From positions 1 to 62,768 of IMG/VR virus record IMGVR_UViG_3300020123_000165: a DNA stretch of 62,768 nt, one strand, 5' to 3'. Positions 56,546-62,768 of this stretch are shown here, piece after piece. Origin of the DNA: a virus (Duplodnaviria > Caudoviricetes). The translations under genes and the position numbers were made by a program. How positions within the stretch are numbered: the first letter of the stretch is position 1; each line of letters starts with the position of its first letter. The notes below the pieces were generated by a model. That model saw only the letters and a program-made list of their open reading frames with translations, ran no database searches and had not been told where the DNA came from.

Positions 56546-57157
56546 TCACTCAGCAGCGTCGTCAGCTTCAGCTGCCTCAGCTCCCTGCTCAGCTGAGCGG
56601 GCCATACCCTCTTCCAGTTGTTCCTGGGTCATGTTCAGGACGTCCAGTGCAGCCGCCATTGGATTGGCCTTCGGAGGGTTCAGGGCCGCCTTAACTTTGG
56701 CCAGGTCTTCGCTGTCCTTGGTCCACTCCCAGCGGCTGCCAGTGCCGACGTTGCCCAGGGCCTTACGAAGAACCCGGCGGGCGATGCGTGGTACGACATT
56801 CAGCTCGTGGCACAGCTCCTTGAGGGTGACCAGATTCGGGTCGCGTTCAGCGGGGGCAGCCTTCTCTTTGGCCTCCTCCTCCTTGTGAGCGTCGCCGTTG
56901 GCCGCTTCCACCTGGGCCAGTGAGGCAGCCAAGGAACCACCGCGCTGGGCGGCCAGATCAGCAGCCTCAGCTTCCAGCTGTTCCTGGTCAGTTAGAACCT
57001 CCTCCTCCCAGGGACCGCGGACCACGTGTTTCTTTTGGACCGTCAGGGTGTCGCCAGCCTCGTCCTGGACCTGCCAACAGATACCCTTGTTGGCGATAAC
57101 CTGGAAGACGCCGGACAGGTTGGCGGACTTTACTTCTACGAATTTGTGCTTGGTCAT
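56546..57157 (-). CDS. Protein with internal HTH (paralogue family member 3)
   Basis: VTLKELCHELNVVPRIARRVLRK...SRWEW; GGAG RBS. Confidence 0.75.
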   Translation of the reverse strand: MTKHKFVEVKSANLSGVFQVIANKGICWQVQDEAGDTLTVQKKHVVRGPWEEEVLTDQEQLEAEAADLAAQRGGSLAASLAQVEAANGDAHKEEEAKEKAAPAERDPNLVTLKELCHELNVVPRIARRVLRKALGNVGTGSRWEWTKDSEDLAKVKAALNPPKANPMAAALDVLNMTQEQLEEGMARSAEQGAEAAEADDAAE

Positions 57158-57550
57158 GATCAGCTCCGGTTAGTTAAGTGGGTCGGTATTCAGTAGTGAG
57201 TGCCGATGAATTCATTCTAAACTAATTTGGGTCCTACCGTGGGCGGGGCAGAGATATTTTTTGGATTGCTAATAATCATTCTCAACACCACCTCACTTAT
57301 ACAACCGCGGGTGCGCCCACGCGTGCGTATACAGTACACTGAATGGTTTGTCCATGTCCACATCAATGCCGATCCTGTATCACATTGCGGCGCGTCTGTC
57401 CATGATATGCCATTGTCCTGGGCTTGCATGCCTATGTCATATGACGAATGGTGGGGAGCCCCAATTTGTTTTTACTATTAGATCTGGCTTCATCCGCGAA
57501 ACTCATAGAAAATTTTAAAAGCAACTCTCTACTCCAAGACTACCCACATC

Positions 57551-57559
57551 TGATATAAT
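57551..57559 (+). promoter_or_regulatory. Extended -10 promoter element before terS
   Basis: TGaTATAAT about 30 nt upstream of ATG. Confidence 0.55.
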
Positions 57560-57588
57560 CCCCCGTATCATCGAGTCTTGAGAAAATC

Positions 57589-57945
57589 ATGACGACACAT
57601 CCGCTTCATCCAAACAAAAGAGACAAAGGTCAAGTTGAGGTCCTCTCCGGCATGGGAGCCTCTGAAGACTTCATCGCGAATCACCTCTCTCTATCCATAG
57701 AAGAGCTTCACCTCCACTACCGCCAACAGCTACAGTCGGGCATCGAAGAGGCGAATCTCCAGGTCGCCAAGACCTTCCATGAGATGGCCACATCAGGCGA
57801 GCATCCCACCATGACCTTAGCTTGGCTCAAGATGCGCGCAGGTTGGTCCGACGCCAAGCAAGCCGAGGAAGAAGACACGACCGACTACCTGGCCGAAGCC
57901 AAAGAGAAGCTCCTCAAGCTACTCAACCGCGCTCACTCGGCATGA
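57589..57945 (+). CDS. terS: Terminase small subunit
   Basis: HTH, A..G......WLK.RAGW motif; directly before terL. Confidence 0.8.
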   Translation: MTTHPLHPNKRDKGQVEVLSGMGASEDFIANHLSLSIEELHLHYRQQLQSGIEEANLQVAKTFHEMATSGEHPTMTLAWLKMRAGWSDAKQAEEEDTTDYLAEAKEKLLKLLNRAHSA

Positions 57946-59438
57946 CCACACTCACCACACTCACCACACAAATAGTCACGCGTGAGGACATCGAGGCCCT
58001 CACTCTCCGAGAGGTCGTCGCTCTAACGCATGACTGGACCTTGTGGGCCAGACCTAATCAGCTACCACCTGACCTACCTCAGTCATCCAACTACTCAGAA
58101 GACCGAATCCTATGGGACTATTGGGTCGCTCTCGCCGGTCGAGGCTTTGGAAAGACGCGCCTGGGGGGCGAGCAAGTCCTGCGCTGGGTAGATCAGGGCT
58201 ACCGACGGATCGCGATCATCGCACCGACGACGGCTGATACGCGAGACGTGGTCACTGAAGGTGAGTCGGGCATCATGACTATTGCCCACCCGCGCAAGCG
58301 ACCAATCTATGAGCCCTCCAAGCGGCGCCTCACCTTCCCAAACGGGGCGATCGCCACCCTGTACTCCGCTGAAGAGCCGGAACGCTTACGGGGTCCACAG
58401 TTCGATGCGGCTTGGTTGGATGAGATCGCTGCTTGGCAGTATCCACAAGAGGTATGGGACATGCTGCACTTCGGCCTGCGCTTGGGCCGTCATCCGCAGG
58501 TGGTCGTCTCTACCACCCCGAAGCCGATTCCACTCATACGGCGACTCATTGACCAGGCGCGCAAGAACCCTAATAGTACAGTACTCACCACCGGATCCAC
58601 CTATGAGAACAAGGCCAACCTGGCGAAGACATTCTTCACTCAGGTATCGCAATATGAAGGCACTCGCCTGGGTAGGCAAGAGCTGCATGCGGAGCTCATT
58701 GACCCGAGAGAGGCAGGGATCATCAAGCAACCCTGGTTCAATCCATGGCCACACTCCCAAGCACTACCACGCTTCGAGCATATCCTGCAGAGCTACGACA
58801 CCGCGTTCACTGAGAAGACTCTGGATCGCAAGACCAAAGACCCTGACCCAAGCGCGCAGAGTACCTGGGGCGTGTTTGCGATCACTCAGACGCACAGAGA
58901 CATCGCCAAAGAGCACCAGCCGATACCGAAGCACGTCAAGTATGGCATCCTCCTACTCGACTCCTGGTCAGATCACTTGGGATTCCCTGAGCTAAGGCAG
59001 AAGGTCAAGAATGAATACTCCAATTCTTATTACGGTCCGGAAGGCGATGAGCGGCGCGCAGACACCGTACTGATTGAAGATAAAGGCTCCGGCATCTCCC
59101 TTCGTCAAGATCTGCAGCTCTCTGTACCCGTAAGAGCATACAACCCTGGCAAGGCTGATAAGGTAGAGCGTCTGCATGCGGTAAGCAACATCCCCTGCAT
59201 GGGCATGGTGTTCATTCCAGCCAGCAGCAAAGATCCAAGCAAGTTCGCTAAGTGGGCGGATCCCCTGGTCGACCAAGTATGCTCATTCCCCTTGGTTGAG
59301 CATGATGACTTGACAGACACCTTCAGCCAAGCGCTTCAGTACTTGAAAGATGCCGGCTGGCTCGTACCCGATGAGCAAGAAGAGGAAGACGAATATGCAG
59401 ATGATGTTCCGACAGCACGTAATCCATATGCTGTATAA
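57942..59438 (+). CDS. terL: Terminase large subunit
   Basis: AGRGFGKT, LRGPQF..AWLDE, TTP, SYDTAF, HDDLTD..SQAL; ATG 57942. Confidence 0.95.
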   Translation: MTTLTTLTTQIVTREDIEALTLREVVALTHDWTLWARPNQLPPDLPQSSNYSEDRILWDYWVALAGRGFGKTRLGGEQVLRWVDQGYRRIAIIAPTTADTRDVVTEGESGIMTIAHPRKRPIYEPSKRRLTFPNGAIATLYSAEEPERLRGPQFDAAWLDEIAAWQYPQEVWDMLHFGLRLGRHPQVVVSTTPKPIPLIRRLIDQARKNPNSTVLTTGSTYENKANLAKTFFTQVSQYEGTRLGRQELHAELIDPREAGIIKQPWFNPWPHSQALPRFEHILQSYDTAFTEKTLDRKTKDPDPSAQSTWGVFAITQTHRDIAKEHQPIPKHVKYGILLLDSWSDHLGFPELRQKVKNEYSNSYYGPEGDERRADTVLIEDKGSGISLRQDLQLSVPVRAYNPGKADKVERLHAVSNIPCMGMVFIPASSKDPSKFAKWADPLVDQVCSFPLVEHDDLTDTFSQALQYLKDAGWLVPDEQEEEDEYADDVPTARNPYAV

Positions 59439-59465
59439 TGATAGTTCACTAACTAAAGGACTATC

Positions 59466-59735
59466 ATGATACCTATCATACGCATCGAACTACAGAGTAT
59501 GAAAGAAACTCTGTCGGTGGCTATCCATGAGCATCTGCTAAAACAAGATGAGATGATACAGGCAGCTATCAATGCCATCACTCCCGAGCAAGTAACTGAG
59601 CTCATCAACCAAGAGATAAAGAAGATCTTGAAAGAGTCAGTTCAGAACTCATTGTCCTCCTATTACTTACATGGCAATGGTAGCGAGAAGATTAAAACAA
59701 TGGTCAAAGAGATTTTAGATCATGGCACTCGCTAA
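59466..59735 (+). CDS. Hypothetical protein
   Basis: AAGGA RBS; ORF track. Confidence 0.6.
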   Translation: MIPIIRIELQSMKETLSVAIHEHLLKQDEMIQAAINAITPEQVTELINQEIKKILKESVQNSLSSYYLHGNGSEKIKTMVKEILDHGTR

Positions 59736-59955
59736 TTCCTCATTCAATATCATCATGCGCCAAGAGCAATGGCACCAGGACAACATAGAGCGCCAGAAAG
59801 CCAATCGCATAGAAGTGGTAAAGGCGGGAGGATCCTGCCAGACCTGTGCGAAAGGAAAGAAAGCACTCTCTATGATCAAGTGCTCTCATAAGCAAAAGTT
59901 GCTCAACCCGTTTAATTACTGTGACGTTTACAAGCCCAAGCTTGACGCGGTATAA
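59722..59955 (+). CDS. Small Cys-rich protein
   Basis: C..C...C...C pattern. Confidence 0.55.
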   Translation: MALANSSFNIIMRQEQWHQDNIERQKANRIEVVKAGGSCQTCAKGKKALSMIKCSHKQKLLNPFNYCDVYKPKLDAV

Positions 59956-59956
59956 T
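59927..59956 (+). promoter_or_regulatory. Promoter for the effector cassette
   Basis: TTTACA-N18-TATAAT; contains GCTTGACGCGGTATAAT motif. Confidence 0.6.
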
Positions 59957-59983
59957 AGTGTAACATAGCCGTTGGAGTATTAA

Positions 59984-60607
59984 GTGCCGCCAATCGTCAG
60001 CCCTCTTCAAAAGGTGTTTCAAGCTATTCAGCGGTTGGCCAAAGGCACCGACCTCGCAGAGCCGGCAATAGAAAGAGCCCGATCTCTACCTGAGTACATT
60101 GACCCCTCCCGTTACAGTCCTCCGGCTCTCGCGAGAGCAACTCTGCAAATGCCAGCAGCTCAGAAAGGCTTTGCAGAGAGTCTAGTCTCCCAGAGACCGC
60201 CATTCGCATCCACTCTGGTCCGTCCAAGTGAGTGGGCTGAACATACACCACCGCTCGACTCAGTGCATGATGCGAACATTATTGAATACCTCAGAAACTC
60301 CTTAAGCAAGGACAAACTCAAAGAGCTCCCCGTCCTCTGGGCCGATCAGTACCCCCATGGGCTAGATCTAGGCTACGAAGGTCGCCACCGCATGGAAGCC
60401 TTGCGCCAGCTGTACGGTGACGATCCGGTGCTCACTAACCTGATCAAGGGCGATCGCTTTGATATAGTCAATAGCCCATACTACAAAGATCCAGTGAGAG
60501 AGTATCGTGGTGATATCAATATGAGTCCACTTGAGCTTCTCAGGCAACAGATGCAGTTCGGCGACAAACCATTCAAGGTAGACCCTCTCTGGATGAGCGA
60601 CAAGTAA
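59984..60607 (+). CDS. ParB/Srx-like domain protein
   Basis: P.L.......GYEGRHRMEAL resembles the ParB DGHHR box. Confidence 0.65.
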   Translation: MPPIVSPLQKVFQAIQRLAKGTDLAEPAIERARSLPEYIDPSRYSPPALARATLQMPAAQKGFAESLVSQRPPFASTLVRPSEWAEHTPPLDSVHDANIIEYLRNSLSKDKLKELPVLWADQYPHGLDLGYEGRHRMEALRQLYGDDPVLTNLIKGDRFDIVNSPYYKDPVREYRGDINMSPLELLRQQMQFGDKPFKVDPLWMSDK

Positions 60608-61071
60608 TGCCAAGCCCACTTGAACTCTTGAAGCGGGTCATAATGACCTCCAAAGATATGCCTGACTTCTTAGAGGCATTCAATCACATCCGTCGCCGTA
60701 CCCCGGACATCAACAGTACGAATGAATGGAACAAGGTCACGCTTCCTGATGAGATGGCAAACAACATGCAGCATCCTGACGTTCGCACTCATGTATTTTT
60801 TGACCCCTCAGGTCGAGCTCAGGGCGCATATCAACTAGACTCCCGGCAACAGATCCCGTACCTTCTATCTGATATGCCAGGCCTAGGTGCGCATCTTCTG
60901 GATGACGCTTATTTTGTTGCGCCTCAAAAGCCTCTAAGCTTGCATGCCATCCCCGGCAGTGAAGGATTCTACCGTAAGCAACCTGGCTGGGTAGAGTCGC
61001 AAGACGAAGGCATTTCCAAATTCATTCGTAAGGCCCAAGGCGGCCTCTGTCAATGTAGGGGTATGAAATGA
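60607..61071 (+). CDS. GNAT-like acetyltransferase
   Basis: PGLGAHLL (motif A) and L.AIPGSEGFYRK..GW (motif B); C-terminal KAQGGL. Confidence 0.65.
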   Translation: MPSPLELLKRVIMTSKDMPDFLEAFNHIRRRTPDINSTNEWNKVTLPDEMANNMQHPDVRTHVFFDPSGRAQGAYQLDSRQQIPYLLSDMPGLGAHLLDDAYFVAPQKPLSLHAIPGSEGFYRKQPGWVESQDEGISKFIRKAQGGLCQCRGMK

Positions 61072-61274
61072 GCAAACTTTCCACCAAAGCACGTAAGAAC
61101 CTTTCCAAGTCAGAGTTTGGTGAGCCATCGAAACGTAAGTATCCGATGCCTGACCGAGCTCATGCCGCTAATGCGAAGGCTCGTGCTTCTCAGCAGGTTG
61201 CTAAGGGTAACCTCTCCCGCAGCGAAGAGAAGAAGATTGACGCAAAAGCTAATCGTATCTTGAAGAAGAGCTAA
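61068..61274 (+). CDS. Small basic protein (DUF6582-like)
   Basis: L..K.RK.L..SEF..P..RKYP.PD..HA.NA.AR. Confidence 0.75.
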   Translation: MSKLSTKARKNLSKSEFGEPSKRKYPMPDRAHAANAKARASQQVAKGNLSRSEEKKIDAKANRILKKS

Positions 61275-61275
61275 C

Positions 61276-62768
61276 ATGGGACGTGCTACCGGTAGGAACA
61301 ACCGTGACCTTGGGCCTCTCGATTTATTGAGGGGTTTATATGAGACACTGGGTGGAGCAGCTAAAGGCGTAACCTCGGCGACCTTAGGCCTGCCAGGCGA
61401 TCTTGAGGGCCTCGCCCGAATGCTCATCCCTCGCATCTCTAATGAGTCTTCTCTGCCAAATACTGAAGATCTCATGAGACGCCTCCCAGGCCCAAACAAC
61501 ACAATGTCTGAGCTGGGCCGCAACCTGCCTTTGACGCCCACTCAAGCGGCTAAGCTTGGAGCCCCCCTCACTCGAGCCGCGGCTCAAGGTATTCATGAGG
61601 CGATGCAAGGTCGCGGTCCGCTTCAGGCGGCATTCTCAGCCATTCAACCAAAGTACGTGATCAAAGAACGTGGGGGTAATTGGTTGCCTGAAGGCTTGCC
61701 GATGCCGCAGAACCCTAAAGAGGCCCTTCAGCCTTACATTCCGGGGGGTGGCAGAAGCCGAGAAGAACTGCTTAAGGTATATGGGGAGAATCCTAACAAA
61801 GAAGCTATTCGTGGGGTAGATAATGCCAAAGTCATAGATCATTGGGTCAATGGACCCCTCCGCAAGTATATCATGCGGGATATGGCTACAGTGGACGACC
61901 CCATACGAAAACTAGCCGATCAGGGGATCCTCCACGTCGACCCCCAAGAGCTCAATTACAATATGCATAACTATGGTCGCTGGCCCCTTGAAGGACAAAC
62001 TTTCCACGCTAAGTCTGACATGGCAAAAGCTTGGGAAGGTGCATCAGACAATGCCGTTGGAATGTCCCCGCGATGGTCACTAGCTCCGGAACCGGGCTCT
62101 AGCAAGATCTCTCGCGAGCACCCCTGGATAGATAAGTTGCCGGAAGATACGAATCTGTATGGTATCTCAGACTCGAAGAACTTTGCCAATGACCTCGGAC
62201 TTGATCGGCTTATCGAATCCACCTATGATGATCTTCTGACTGGTCGCTTGACTCCTGAGCAACTTAAATCAGGATCCTTTAGTGTAGATGCCGCCGTACG
62301 TCAAGCTCACAACCGTCGCATGGAAGAAGTGGCTAAGCAAGAAGCTGAGCAGCTCAAGAATAGTCGCAATGCCGCAACGGTAACCCACAAAGAGTACCCT
62401 GATAGCCCCGAAGGCTTCCACTGGGTGCAGATCAAGCCTACAGGAAAAAAGGGGCTCCCCGAGGGATATACGGTAGAACCAGACTCTACCTATATGGGTA
62501 AGACTGGGTATCAGTTACGTATGCCAGATGGAACACGCTTAGGGCTTCCTCAGGAATCTGAAGAGTTGGCTTTTGCAGAGTTGAAAGACCCTCGTTATCA
62601 AGTAGATGGTGACCTTCAGAAAGCTCTCACTCATGAAGGTGACGTCATGGGTCACTGCGTCGGCGACTATTGCGACGATGTAGCTTCTGGCCAGACAGGT
62701 ATCTACTCTCTGCGAGACAAGAGCGGAAAGTCTCACGTAACGATTGAGACTAGCAAAAGTAAGAGAGT
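61276..62768 (+). CDS. N-terminal part of the 682-aa PcfJ-like protein (continues into 1-683)
   Basis: Read manually: ATG 61276 stays open to the window end, in frame with the ORF at 6. Confidence 0.85.
   Translation, partial: MGRATGRNNRDLGPLDLLRGLYETLGGAAKGVTSATLGLPGDLEGLARMLIPRISNESSLPNTEDLMRRLPGPNNTMSELGRNLPLTPTQAAKLGAPLTRAAAQGIHEAMQGRGPLQAAFSAIQPKYVIKERGGNWLPEGLPMPQNPKEALQPYIPGGGRSREELLKVYGENPNKEAIRGVDNAKVIDHWVNGPLRKYIMRDMATVDDPIRKLADQGILHVDPQELNYNMHNYGRWPLEGQTFHAKSDMAKAWEGASDNAVGMSPRWSLAPEPGSSKISREHPWIDKLPEDTNLYGISDSKNFANDLGLDRLIESTYDDLLTGRLTPEQLKSGSFSVDAAVRQAHNRRMEEVAKQEAEQLKNSRNAATVTHKEYPDSPEGFHWVQIKPTGKKGLPEGYTVEPDSTYMGKTGYQLRMPDGTRLGLPQESEELAFAELKDPRYQVDGDLQKALTHEGDVMGHCVGDYCDDVASGQTGIYSLRDKSGKSHVTIETSKSKR
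62642..62768. repeat. 127-bp terminal direct repeat (copy 2)
   Basis: Identical to 1-127. Confidence 0.95.

Noticed and set aside
57945-57969. 9-bp tandem repeat at the terL start (TTLTTLTT)
   Set aside because: A short in-frame slippage repeat with no evident function.
62642-62768. Terminal repeat as a biological DTR
   Set aside because: 127 bp matches a common assembler k-mer and falls mid-gene, so it is most likely a circularisation artefact.

Overview
This is an apparently complete, circularly assembled dsDNA tailed-phage genome. Bases 1-127 equal 62642-62768, which looks like an assembler overlap, so the unit length is 62,641 bp. The + strand arm (57.6 kb through the origin to 25.9 kb) is podovirus-like: terminase, a cassette of putative packaged effectors (ParB-like, GNAT, PcfJ-like), portal, GH108 lysin and holin, GroES, scaffold, capsid, adaptor/nozzle, fibres and four large probable ejection proteins. 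No tape-measure or sheath gene is recognisable. The - strand arm (26-52 kb and 54-57 kb) holds replication, recombination and nucleotide genes (SNF2 helicase, SSB, Sak4, Cas4-like exonuclease, ligase, UDG-fused PolA, dCMP deaminase) plus many small early genes. A primase-helicase lies on + at 52-54 kb, next to an AT-rich origin-like region. I saw no integrase, tRNA or CRISPR array, so the phage is probably lytic; the Gram-negative host is undetermined. Most notable observations: (1) a short recurring peptide tag, [FYMK]-[AK]-x-G-G-x-[VC], on unrelated late proteins; (2) a probable cytosine-modification pathway with two thymidylate-synthase-fold paralogues, a kinase, a pyrophosphatase and a degenerate UDG domain; (3) three intergenic structured RNAs, two with pseudoknots; (4) a Gp49/Acb4-like sponge in the head operon; (5) three paralogous HTH genes, each first behind a copy of an early promoter motif. 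All family calls come from motif recognition by eye; no searches or folding programs were run.
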